From the NCBI GenBank assembly GCA_043228905.1, contig JBHGNT010000003.1, positions 23,374,001 to 23,438,000 on the forward strand: DNA of 64,000 bases, read 5' to 3'. Origin of the DNA: Azolla caroliniana (taxonomy: Eukaryota; Plantae; Polypodiophyta). Positions within the stretch are counted from its first letter, which is position 1. The number at the start of each line of letters is the position of its first letter. Below, one piece after another: positions 1 to 12,064 of the stretch. A program made the translations under genes and the position numbers. The notes below the pieces were generated by a model. That model was not told the DNA's origin. It made no database searches and was given only the letters and a program-made list of their open reading frames with translations.

Positions 1-3000
1 ACCAAAAGTTACAGACACAGAGTGGAGGGAGAGAGAGAGAGTGTGTGTGTGTGTGTGTGTGTGGTGTGTGTGTACTACTCACATGTCACGCATTCACGAG
101 ATAAACCTGATTCACTGGAAAATAGAGAGAGAGAGAGGAACAGAGGAGACACAGAGAAGAAAGAGAAAGAGAGAGATTAACAAGAATCACACAACAAACA
201 AACCAAAGAGTCTCATTCTGTGAAAATTCCAAGAGAAATTAATTGATAATCACCCAAAATACCCCTCCCAAAATCCCCCCCCCCAATTTACCCCCCACCT
301 TTCATTGTTTCCATTAGACCCCCCCATTACTCCTCTTCTCCGAAGCCTTCTCTTTTCCGAACCCGCCCATCATCTGCTCTCATTCATTCCGTTACCTCAT
401 CCTCGGCTCAACACCCAATCGATATACACACATGCATAAATGCAAACACACCCACTATTGGACTTCCGCACACGGATGATAAAAAATGATCCATACTAAT
501 AATGTAGAAAGATCAGACACAGTCCTGCACATGCGCATACATACTCGCATGGGAACGCCCATTTGTCTGCTTGTGCACCTTTATGGAACGAGAGCGATGG
601 CTTCACATGTGGGAAACACAATGGGAGTACGAAATCAGATCATAGGACTTTATTATGTATCAATCTTAAATGTGTGCAATGCGTTCGAGCATATAAAGTT
701 AAAACCGCGGTGCGAGACAACCATGTTTGCGCACTGACTTTTGAGAAGCGCACATGTGTATGCACCAAGACGATTTTGAGGATATGTTACAAAATACGAA
801 AGCTCCAAAATGATGCGGAACGAGAGAGTGCAAGTGTGAAGCTTTCAAGCAAGTTGGCATTTGCCCATACATAGATGGAAATGCCTTTTCCACCGTGAAG
901 CACGTCTCACAAAGGCACCAATAAACAACATAATTCAAAGAAAAATAAATTGTTTTGATAATGTATGTCGAGAATCTCCTAAAGTACATTATGAGTTTAG
1001 TTATTCACATGTCTCACAAAGGCACCAATAAACATCCCTAAGAGGAAAAATGTTAAATGTTTTCATAATGAATGTAAAGAATCCCTTAAAGTACATGATG
1101 ACCTAAATATAAGGAAATCCATCAAATATTTTTAGATGCATACAAAGAATGGACTCACAGAAAAAGGAGAATATGGGAAAGTTAATCAAGAATTTCTCTC
1201 AAACCCAAGAGAAAGCACATGCATGTGGTAAATTTTGGAGAACATAAAAGGGAAATTGCCCCAACATCAATGGTAACTTACCTCTATGATGTTGTATATG
1301 AATGTGAGAACCTCTATGGGCACATAATTCTTAGAAAAATGTGGCGGTGTTCTCTTTCATATACATATACCTTTTTCTTTGCTCTTCACAATATGAGCAG
1401 AAATCTTCAAAGTATCATCTCAATTCTCAAACAATCAAATGGACATGAAAGAAAATTATTCTTGGATAAATGATGATTTTAATTGTGCACTACAACATGC
1501 ATACCTTATTATTGAGTACAAATCAGATCAAACCTTCACATAAAGTTGCAAATATAAATAATGAAAAGAAAAAGAAGATTTGCAGGATGAATAGTTGGTT
1601 CTCTAATTGCAAAGTTTATTTGAATATATAAACTGATGTGTTAATAGATTGAAAAGACAATATACGACCAATTAGGTTTTCTTGAATGCATCATTAAACC
1701 ATTGATCGGAGGGGAATCCTTTTATTGTTGCCTCGTACATTTCAAAATTTCATTTGATACAATGTAGAGGTGGCGCTTCGTATGTATTCTTCATGAACAA
1801 GTCTCAAGCCTCTATGTGAGTGGAGGTGATGAGGATTTCAAGATTGAGATGGAAAGGATAATTAAGCGATAAGTCTCAAACCAACGGCCTTTAGGCCAGA
1901 ATACATTACCTTCACCGAAATCACCACACATTGAATACAAAATTAAACATGGCACAACTTTCATTATTCAGATATATAATTACAATTGTTCCGCTTTTTT
2001 ATAATACCACTTTTAATTACTACTTTGTTGGTAATAATATTACTTCATTATATATGGGCGTTCAAAGCTTCTTTCTTCTTCCTTTTACGACAATATAAAA
2101 AACTTGGTAGTTACTAGTAATGTGAAAAGGGGAGAATATGCTCCATTTGGGGGTGGTTCACACTGTCTGCCATTAAGAACGCAACATCCAGCCCCCACCA
2201 AACCAGCACATCCTCCTCGGATTTCATCTCGCCTTTTCCTGTGCATGTGGCTCATCATGATCACGTTGCAACAATCTGAATCATCTTCCTTAGACACATT
2301 GATAATCATGACCACAATTGCAATGATCACAATCCTCTTTCAACATTCTCTCATATATTTCCTCATCCCATGGATCATCATGATTGTCAATCTCAATCCT
2401 TCCCTAACATCCTCTACTTAAAGATAGAGTGTCATTAATCAGTTTTCCTTTAGGTCCTTTGACCACTCCATCTTTATCATCTTGTGAAGTATCATCTCAA
2501 TCAATTTCCTTACAAATGGAAGAATTAGGAGCTTTAGAGGGCCTTCTATTTCTATTAACTCCTCCTAGTTATACACCATTGAGACAAGTTCCACCATTTG
2601 TGGACATCTAAAAGGTCCACCAGACAACCTTCATGCTAGGTCCACCAAATGTCAATGTATGTACATCACATGCTTTTAGAGCAAACAACAAGCATTTAGA
2701 GTGTTGAGACGAAAAGGGTTTTAAGATCAAGAAGGAAAAGATAATTAAAAGGGATATCACCATGCATTGAATACATGATAAGAGAACACTACTTTATTAA
2801 TCAAGTAAATAATTACGATTGGTTTTTCGTTGTTGTTCTTCCACTTTCTTTCCTTTTATCTTTCTCCAATTTTTTTTACATGTATGACACACACCCCTTT
2901 TAATGACCTATATTAGGTGCTTATATAAGTTTATCCATGCTCTAATGGTTGAGCACATGGTACCGGTTGGAGTTTGTAAGTGCGCATATGCATGTACGTA

Positions 3001-6000
3001 TTTTTATGCCATTAATGTCATAAGTAAAAACGCCTATACTATTACATCATTCTAGAGAAATATAATTATAAGTAATATCTCATCACTAGTGATATTGCGT
3101 CATTATGTAGGGGTATAGGGTTGAAAGCCATACATTGTTTTTTTTTCATTTCTAACAACGATACCCAATAATACTGTGAAAATGGGAGAATGTGCTCAGT
3201 TGGGAGGTGGTTCACGTAGCATCGCTTTGGCAACATGAAAATGTTATCCCATGGGCATGTTTGATGATGTATAGGAGAGATCGAGTACCAAATGAATACA
3301 CACTTGTTATTTCTCTAATGTACAAGAAGTTGATATATCATATACATATGGGGTGGAATTCATAAATAATCACTACTACAATTGGCAGTAAGTAAGGATG
3401 TCCACCGAATTTGAAACAGACAATTAAAGAGAATGTATATTAAAAAGTTATTCATGAGGTTACAATTAGGATGCATCGAAGTGCTTAAAGTCTCAAAGGG
3501 AAACTTTGGAAGAGAGAGGATAGAACCACGAGACCGAAGACAGAGGGCCAAAGGTTGGGTTCCCGTTAGGGTGGGAACTCTGACTTCACAAATGAAGGCT
3601 CTAGTCCTGATCTCATCTAAATGCTCATGGACACAAGTTCTTTGGTGAGGCAAAAACTAAACCAATCAATTATCATTTCTTTGATAATACATACATTATA
3701 ATGTCTTTCCAAGATGCACAAACCTTATGAGTCTTGGAAAACTTTAGGTTGCATAGGTTTGGTGTTCAAATAGGCAATGTGACAATTGGCCCACCATAGC
3801 CGCTATCACGCTATGGGACATTGAGAAATCCAGATGCAAAGCATGTCTCTCGGGAGAAGAAAGTTGACCAAGGGAAACAATCACTGTTGTATGATATGAT
3901 TTGGTGACGAATATTCAAGTTCAATATGAAGAGTTACAAGGCTCTTTAGACATTGTGGAAGTTGCGAGACTTTCCTTTCAACATTCATGGTTGGATTTGC
4001 CCTGGTGGACTATGTAAACAACGTGCCAAAGTGGTGTTACACCATGCCTAAATGGCTATATCCGCCTTGGCATCCCAACCATGAAGGTACATGCTATTTT
4101 TCTGAAATTTTACATGTGATAGGATGATCAACACAAAATGGTGATCCTGGAATATATGAAGATTATAATATCTTTTTGTTGTTCATGATCAATATCGGTT
4201 TTAGAGGAGTTTGATGACAAATAAAGAGGTCTGTGTTAGATAGGGTAATGTGGTACCAGTAGCGTGCTGCTAGCTGGCATTAGGGGGCCCTCCTTCCAAA
4301 TGCAACGCTTAGTGAGGCTGGGTTGTCCCTTAGCCCCATATCTTTATCTATTTGTAACCAAGCTTTATCTGCCTTCTTACAAGAACCAAGCAGTGGATTG
4401 CCCGTCCCCAATGTGTCTAAAGATATTCTGTTATCTGAATATGCCGACAATATAGTCCTCTTCCTATAGGGCAATGAGGAGATTTTGCAACAAGCAGAAC
4501 AACTTGTTGAAGACTTTTGCCAGGCCGTTGGTGCCAAGGTCAATTGGGATAAAACCCAAGGCCTCGGGTTCAACACACAAGAGAAACCAAGGTGGCAACA
4601 CCACGCCGATTTTAACTGGGTCCTAGATGGGATGACTTTCAAGTACCTAGGGTTTACGATGGGGAGGGCAATCCCCAAGGGAGCGCAATTGTTCAATGTG
4701 CAGTCCAAAACAAGCAGGAAGTTGAACCAGTGGAGCAGATCTAAACTAGCATTTGTTGGTAGGGTCCTTATTGTGAACCAGGTGATGTTTGCCACCATGT
4801 GCCACTCGGTCTCATGTTGGATTATGGACCCTACAAGTCTGCATGCGATTAAGGCTGCCATCAGGGGGTTTATATGGTCAAGTAAGGACAACCCAATGGC
4901 GGCTGTCAGAGTGTCACAATGCTGGTTAATGCAACCACGGGGCAAAGGGGAACTTGGCGTCATACACCTCTTAACACAGAGCCAAGCATTGCTAACCAAA
5001 ATGGTGGTTTGGTGTCTCTTTCTAGGTAAAGAGTGTTGGAAGGTACTCCTTCGCAACAAGTTGCACGCAGGGACTCCCAAGTATGGTAGGCCTTGGTCTA
5101 ACTCCTTGAACTAGTGTTGCACAAACAAAGTCCCACCCAAGGTGGCCTGCCAACCAAAGGATAGGGTAACAAACTCCATCTTACAGCCATGGTGTCACAT
5201 GTGATAGCAGTTGGTCAAGCACACCCTAGAGACACTAATCGAATAGACTAGACAACCATTATTTTGGAATCCTCATGTGCAAACAAGTGACAACATGATG
5301 TTAGGGCTGCTTAAGGGCCTATTGTGGGGAAACCTTGCGCAAACATGGCTCCACTCTATATGCAATTGGAGAAGCATGGTGGTGCTCCAAGAGGAGCATA
5401 GGAGGACCCACTCCCTCCCCTCAAGGGAGTTATGAAAATGAGGAGATTGATAGCAAAGGCAGTTGACAAGGTTCTAGTGGGGGAGGTGAGAGGAGATGCA
5501 TGTTTCAATCTCTTTGATGAGGTTTGAATAGTTAAGTTGTTGAAGGGCTTGAGCGGACCTAGAGGAGCTACATTATTTGAAGAGGGCCAGAGCAAGGGCA
5601 AGTTGTGGCGCAAGTTGGTAACATCTAAAAGACAGATCCTGATGTTGCTAAGGTGGAACCCCATGGAAGTTGTGGGTCTACCCTTTTCGTCGCTTCATGG
5701 AACTAGAATGAGACCCAAGGGATTGCAAGTGGAAACATGGTCGCGATAGATTATACCACTTCTTCGAATAGAACACTAAATTGGGTCAAACTTTATAACC
5801 ACAGTTAGACGATCCCCTACGAAATGGCTGGCGGACATTGAGCATCCCTAACGAGGTGCTCTGTACCTTTTGGAAGGGTCTTTGGCATCTCCACGTGCCT
5901 GAAAAGATCAAGCTCTTTTGGTGGCAGATCAACCATAACATTGTCCCTGTTGGCAAATGGCTAGGTAAACGTGGTGGCCCAATAGTTTGTCCACTTTGCT

Positions 6001-6138
6001 CTTCACCTATTAAGACTCTGAATCACTGTCTGTGGGGTTGCCCTCAAGCTCAAAGGGTATGGGATAGAGTGACTCGCCTCCTTGTTGCATGTGAAGTGGA
6101 AGGAACAACATCGTGGAGCGTTGCGGCTTGGATGGATC

Positions 6139-7791
6139 TGTCATGAACACACCAACCGCTAACTCAGATGGAGCACGGATGATGGGGCAAAGAGCGTGGA
6201 ACTTAAGAAGCTAAGAATGACACAAGAGCATGAAGACAAAGATAAAGATCAAGGAGACAAGATGGGGTGAAACAAGAATACTAGATTGATGTGTCAATGA
6301 CTAGTGTTGAATCCCCTGAAAGGGACCAAGGAGGTTACACGTATTTTATACATGCTCCAAGATTGAATATCTCTACAATATACTCGAGAAATATCTCTAG
6401 AATATAGTCGTCTAGAATATGTCATACAATATTTCTAGAATATACTAACGACTAGAGTATTATCAATCAATTATGAAATGTACTATATGCGAGACTATAG
6501 AATACTAAACCATTATATACAAATGCATGCTCATATCAAAATGGTTGAGCATGACATCTTGTTGATGTGAGGTTGTAGGTTCAATACTCACCAACTATGT
6601 ATTTCATGTCACTGTGTCATGACATTATCCTCCCCTTTACGGTTGCTTTTTTGAAAGCGTGGTGTAGGGGTGAGTGGGAAGTGGAGCATGTGACTATGTC
6701 GTGACATTATCCTCCCCTTTACGGCCGCCTTTTCAAAAGCGTGGTGTAGGGGTGAGCAGGAAGTGGAGCGCGGATGGGCGTGAGAAACCGTGTGTTGTCC
6801 TCACCGAAGACACGAACACCAACGGACGTGAGCGACCATGTGTGGTCCGCACCAGAAACTAGGTGAGCGACAATGTGCAGTCCTCACTGAAGACTAGAAC
6901 ACTGACGGGCGTGAGAGACCATGTGTGGTCCTCACCAAACACTGGAACACCGACGGGCATGCGCGACCATGTGCGGTCCTGACCGATAATTGGAACACAA
7001 ACGAGCGTGAGCGACCATGTGTGACCCTTCACCGGGAATTGGAACATGAACGACCATGTGCGGCCCTCACCGAGAATTGTAACATGAGAGACCATGTGCA
7101 GTCCTCACCGGGAACACAAACAAGCGTGAGCAACCATGCGGTCCTCACCAAGAACTGGAACACAAACGGGTGTTAGCAACCATGTGTGGCCCTCATCGGA
7201 AATTGGAAGCAATGACGGTAACTCTGGAAGCAATGACAGTGATGATGGTAATTCTAGAAGCAAGGATGATGATGAAGATGGATGATGCTTCTAGTTGGAG
7301 GGGATTAAAACTGTCACGGACACACCCACCGCTAACTCGGACGGAGCAATGATGATGGGGCTAAGAGCATGGAACTTAAGAAGCTAGGAATGACACAAGA
7401 GCATGAAGACAAGATAAAGATCAAGGAGACAAGATGGGGCAAAACGAGAATACTAGATCGATGTGTCAATGACTGGTGTTGAATCCCCTGAAAGGAACCA
7501 AGGAGGTTACAAGTATTTTATACATGTTCCGAGATTGAATATCTCTAGAATATACTCAAGAAATATCTCTAGAATATACCCGTCTAGAATATGCCATACA
7601 ATATTTCTAGAATATACTAACGACTAGAATATTCTGATTTTGAAATGTACTATATGCTAGACTATAGAATATTAAACTATTATATACAAATGCATGCTCA
7701 TATCAAAATGGTTGAGCATGACATCTTGTTGATGTGAGGTTGTGGGTTCAATACTCACCAACTATGTATTTCGTGTCACTGTGTCGTGAGA
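6139..7791 (-). mobile_element. Non-autonomous small LTR retroelement (TRIM/SMART-like), two ~480-bp LTRs, no coding capacity
   Basis: LTRs at 6139-6624 (TGTCATG...ATGACA) and 7312-7791 (TGTCACG...GTGAGA). 5-bp TSD GGATC at 6134-6138 and 7792-7796. A PPT-like tract (revcomp of TTATCCTCCCCTTTAC) abuts the left LTR, which suggests minus orientation. Confidence 0.9.
6775..7205. repeat. Degenerate ~40-48 bp minisatellite inside the LTR element
   Basis: Recurrent core GAGCGACCATGTG(T/C)GGTCCTCACC...GGAACAC, about 10 copies. Confidence 0.85.
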
Positions 7792-8641
7792 GGATCACTC
7801 GATTGATAGCTAGACGGACGCCTTCAATGCAGACAGTTGGTGTTATGAATGCATGAGAGGTAAAATTGTTAAGACCACATCCCCTCAGTTCTGGGAGATT
7901 TGGATGTTGATCGTAGGCTTCACCTTGTGCTATCTATGGAAAGCATGTTACCTAAAGGGCTTCCAAGATCTATATGTATCCCCCTCGACGGAATGTATTA
8001 TGGATATATGGTTTGCGATTATCAGTTGCCTATGAGGGCAATTGGACGAGGTTTGTGGCCACTCCAATGATGTGGTCACTACCCGTTTGTGCTTCAGGCA
8101 AAAAAGGAACACGTCGATGGTGACGCAAGGAGGAAACAGTCCGAGGTGGAACTACCAGCCCCCACGCTAGTTGTTTCCTACTCACCTCCCACCCTCCCTT
8201 CGTTGTAGGCCACAGGATTCGGCTCGTACTGGTCATTGTTGAAGGACACTGTTTATAGCTATAGGTATCTACTTACATTAAGTAGTCAATTTGAAAGGCT
8301 ATGTATGTAATTTCATATTCTTGAACTCGGTCGGAGGGTGTTTCCCCGATTTATGTACAAACCCCCTTGTATAATCTTTTTGTAATAATTCTCCTAACTA
8401 ATGGGAAAGTAGCTTCGTTTTGAAAAATAAATGTTGAGTGTCAATGATTGTAACATTATTGGTGTATAGCAACGATCAAGGAATCATTGTGAAAGAAGAT
8501 ATATCACTACATGTTGAATACGATGGAATTGGTGCTATGGGTTTTGGCATGACATCAACATTACTTGGTGATATGGACGTTGGTAGGGCAACAATATTAC
8601 TTAGGGAGAAGTTCATCGATTGTGGAGTTCATGTTTACGAA

Positions 8642-9219
8642 TAGCAATGGGCTCGGTTTCGGCTTAAACCGAACTTAACCGTTAAACCATGGTTTAAAAG
8701 GTTTATAAGTTCCAAAATAATTAAATGGTTTGGTTTTGTTTTAATTAATAATAAACGGTTCGGTTTCGGTTCGGTTCGGTTTTGAAATTAGGGTTTATAG
8801 GTTTTTGGGCTATATTGTTTTATCCCTTAAATGTTTATGTAATTTAATGGTTTAATTAATGTTTTTCATTGGTTTAATTCACCTAACTTAATTGTTTATT
8901 TAATCTAATGGCTCAATTAATCTCATTTATTTATTTATTTATTTTAACATAAATGCTTATTTAATTGTGTATTTTTATTTAATTAATTTTTTAATTAGCT
9001 TGGGTTAAATGTGGTTAGGTTTAAACTCTTTATTAAATGGTTCGGTTTGGTTTTAACTTTTCCCAAAATGGTTTTGGTTTAAATGGTTTAGTTTACCTTT
9101 TTTTTAAATGGTTTGGTTTAAATGTTCGAATGTTCATAAACGGTTTTGTTTGGTTTTTGTTTTATATAAAGGGTTTGGTTTGGTTTCAAGGCATCGAAAC
9201 CGAACCGGGCCCATTGCTA
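8642..9219. mobile_element. hAT-superfamily MITE
   Basis: TIRs TAGCAATGGGC.../...GCCCATTGCTA; perfect 8-bp TSD TTTACGAA at 8634-8641 and 9220-9227; many subterminal CGGTT/AACCG motifs; AT-rich non-coding interior. Confidence 0.93.
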
Positions 9220-9673
9220 TTTACGAACCAAGTTTGGTAAGATGCGAGAAATTTGGAGGATTCATTCGAATTCTGGTGCAAAAGCTGAAAAGAACATAAC
9301 AGATCATGTATTGCAAGTGCAAAGACACTAAAAATGCAAGGACATTTTGAAGGGACATGAGATGCATGTTGAGAGTGAAAGAAAGGGGTTGTTTGGATGA
9401 AACATTATTCTTGGATGTTGAATATGAATAAGATTGGCTAGAAAAATAATAATATTTATCTTTATCTAGAAAGATTGGCTACGGTCAGTTAACATGGCTA
9501 CACAAGTGCATATCAGGCTGCTGAGGAGTGGTGAAGAGCAGGAGGTTTAGGGTTGCAGAGAGTGCTCGACATGCAGCAAATCGTCATCAAGTCTGTGTTG
9601 CCTAAGCCAACAGCGAATCGTTGAAGAATAGGTGTTTCTGTAACCAAGAGATGGCGGGGTTTCTGGTTGCAGA

Positions 9674-12064
9674 GTGTGCCCCAAACGCAGCCGAGCGGTA
9701 TCGAGTTTCCCTACTCCTCATGAATCAGGTAAGTCTCTTCAACTAGGGTGTAAGGTTAGTAGTAGGACTACACAGGGGCAACGAAACATGGTGGTGAATG
9801 AGCCAACAGTGGGCAATAAAGCATCAATGGTGGCAGCTAAAGCATTGGCGGCAAGGGGGCCAGCTGGACGGTGGGTGGAGTCGAGGTATGCATTGCAAGG
9901 GATGAGTAAGAATTGGGAGAAGCAACAGGCAGTGATTTTGGGACAAAGGAAAGGAAACAACATGTGGAAAGATGTAGGGAAACACATCAGTGGAGATATT
10001 AGTAAGATATGCAAGGAAGTAGTGCATCAAACTAATAATGGGGGATTGTTGGGAGAGGAGGTTAGGGCTCCCGCCAGCGGTATGGCAGCGGCTGCCTTCA
10101 TAGTTGATTGTAGGGAGGACTCACGGGTGTGGGGAGAGTCAGAAGCTTGGAATAAAGAGGTAGGGACGCAAGAGGGTGGGGGAGACCTCCCCAACCATGC
10201 ATTATGGCATATGAAAGTAGAAGAGAGGCAACGGGGACCACAAGGTGGGCCGTATAAGGGGCTAGATGTTGTGGAAATGGAGGCCACCGAGGACATGGTG
10301 CAGGTGGAGAACCTTTTGAATGAATGTGGTCAAGCACATAATGCATGTCGGATAGGGGACTATGATAAGCAATTGGAATCGAAGGAAAGCTCTGAGATAC
10401 TTGATGTTTTTCTGTCCGAGGAAGAAAGTGAAATCTTAAATGCGGAGATTAGAAGATTAACGAAGTGTTCGTTCATTTGCAAATTACTTGGTGGTAGGCC
10501 TAGTAGGGGTATGGTTCGTGAAATGTTACAAGTAGCTCTATTGGATAGGATCCCACATATAAAGAATGTGGATAATATGGGACGTAATTTCTTTCACATT
10601 GAAGTGGCGGAGGGGAGTAATCTATCACAAATTCTTGATATGAAATTTGTAGAGTTGAAATATGGAAGAGCTCTCTTATTGGAATGGCATCCTAATTTCA
10701 ATGTTATGGAGGAAGCAAAAAAACTTGGTAACCCCATGGTGGTATCTATGGTATTTCCCAATCTTCCGCGACATTTATACCCCTTGATGCCAAAGATTGG
10801 GGCAAAGATTGGCACAGTTTGTCCTTTAAAGGAAACCATGGCAGACAAAATCAGAGACTCCCCTAAGATTAGGGTGCTTGTGCAAAGTTTGTCCTCTCTC
10901 CCCTCTATAATCAGGGTGCATGATGTGGAGGCAAGACTGATAGATGTGGAAGTGGAATATGAGGGTCTACCTGGTCAATGTTTCTACTGTAAAAAAAACG
11001 GTCACATGGCTAAAGAATGCCCTAGGAAGATCAATAATAGCGTAAAAAGGGAGAAGCTTAAGGGGTCGATAGGTAAGCAAGAGAAGACAAGGGTGGCAAG
11101 ACAAAATACTCTCAATGAGACTGAGAATGTGCAGGCTAATGCCAATGTCTGGTCTCTTGTTTTGGGACGTAAAAATGGATTGCAAGAAGAAGGAAACACA
11201 GCTACACCTCAGGTAGTTTTGAGGAATCGTTTTGCAGTGTTGCAAGAAGAGGGTGTCACACTACAAGATCAAAAGACAACTAATGTGGAAGAGGTGGTAG
11301 CGTGCACACCCGATGTTTTACTAAACAATACACACCTTAGCCAAGAAAATGTCATGAGCTCACCCTCCTCCATTGGTAAAAGTGGAAGTATTGGATTGAG
11401 AGCAATGAAAGAATGGTTACGTAAGGGGAGAGGTCAAGAAAGCTCTTCCACCACTTCCGAATTTCAGAAGCCACAAGTGTCACGTCATGAAAGTAGTGAA
11501 GCACCGGTCAGAGTTCCCGTCAAATTTGTTAGGGCCAAAAGTTCAGAAAGGGGCACTCTAGGCATGGGGTGTAAGTTTAGCCAGCAGGCTCTCACGAGAT
11601 TAACTGATTTTTGTCATGAGGAGGCCTTAGGGCTGAGGGTTTATGTCATTATTGTTGAACGTAACAAGTTGTTGAAATTAGGCTTCTCATTTGATTTGTT
11701 GGACCTGGAGGTTTCGGCTAGTAACATGGCACGTATCTCTAGCTCCATAGAAGTCAAGGCACACAAATACTTCAACAGCCTGCCAGTCACCTTGAGTGGG
11801 GATAAGTGGATGTCGATGTGGATGACCGCTGGAATGTCATGTGGGAGTTTCGATGATGCCTGCATTAAAAAGCAGCTATTATTTTGCCTAGAGGAGAAGG
11901 TAGACTCCCTCTATGAGGTGCTACACTTCCATGAGGAGGAACTGGAAGAAGATATAAGGCAGGATGTGGTGTTAGGATGGGAGAAGATCAATGCGGGAGG
12001 TTGGGCATGGATTCATGGGGAGGGACTTTGTCCTTCTTGGGAGACCTCTCAATTATGTTCATGA
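9674..12064 (+). CDS. LINE ORF1 protein (RRM/DUF4283-like region, CCHC zinc knuckle)
   Basis: 796-codon open frame containing CFYCKKNGHMAKEC preceded by VEVEYEGLP, and a later NRFAVL motif typical of plant L1 ORF1. The true start codon is uncertain. Confidence 0.85.
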   Translation: MCPKRSRAVSSFPTPHESGKSLQLGCKVSSRTTQGQRNMVVNEPTVGNKASMVAAKALAARGPAGRWVESRYALQGMSKNWEKQQAVILGQRKGNNMWKDVGKHISGDISKICKEVVHQTNNGGLLGEEVRAPASGMAAAAFIVDCREDSRVWGESEAWNKEVGTQEGGGDLPNHALWHMKVEERQRGPQGGPYKGLDVVEMEATEDMVQVENLLNECGQAHNACRIGDYDKQLESKESSEILDVFLSEEESEILNAEIRRLTKCSFICKLLGGRPSRGMVREMLQVALLDRIPHIKNVDNMGRNFFHIEVAEGSNLSQILDMKFVELKYGRALLLEWHPNFNVMEEAKKLGNPMVVSMVFPNLPRHLYPLMPKIGAKIGTVCPLKETMADKIRDSPKIRVLVQSLSSLPSIIRVHDVEARLIDVEVEYEGLPGQCFYCKKNGHMAKECPRKINNSVKREKLKGSIGKQEKTRVARQNTLNETENVQANANVWSLVLGRKNGLQEEGNTATPQVVLRNRFAVLQEEGVTLQDQKTTNVEEVVACTPDVLLNNTHLSQENVMSSPSSIGKSGSIGLRAMKEWLRKGRGQESSSTTSEFQKPQVSRHESSEAPVRVPVKFVRAKSSERGTLGMGCKFSQQALTRLTDFCHEEALGLRVYVIIVERNKLLKLGFSFDLLDLEVSASNMARISSSIEVKAHKYFNSLPVTLSGDKWMSMWMTAGMSCGSFDDACIKKQLLFCLEEKVDSLYEVLHFHEEELEEDIRQDVVLGWEKINAGGWAWIHGEGLCPSWETSQLCS

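Larger units (their letters stand above)
4200..8430 (+). mobile_element. 5'-truncated, degenerate L1-clade LINE (RT, zf-RVT, 3' UTR), interrupted by an LTR element at 6139-7791
   Basis: Frameshifted ORF pieces: VRLGCPLAPYLYLF (RT), EYADNI, FKYLGF, WSRSKLAFVGRVLIVNQV and KIKLFWWQINH..CPLC..HCLWGC (zf-RVT). The sequence resumes after 7796 and ends in the CTAACTAATGGGAAAGTAGC...GAAAAATAAA tail. The 5' boundary is approximate. Confidence 0.88.

Noticed and set aside
41-989. Short ORFs and a possible miRNA precursor at the window start
   Set aside because: Microsatellite-derived or random ORFs, with no recognisable mature miRNA or hairpin. Probably promoter or 5' UTR of a gene outside the window.
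890-1600. Possible hAT transposase remnant
   Set aside because: Only vague resemblance and no intact diagnostic motif.
2115-3220. ~45-bp diverged direct repeat at ~2120 and ~3176 as possible LTRs
   Set aside because: Too short and diverged, with no TSD, PBS or PPT.
6775-7205. Repeat array resembling repeat-spacer structure
   Set aside because: The units are degenerate copies of each other throughout, so this is a minisatellite inside an LTR element.
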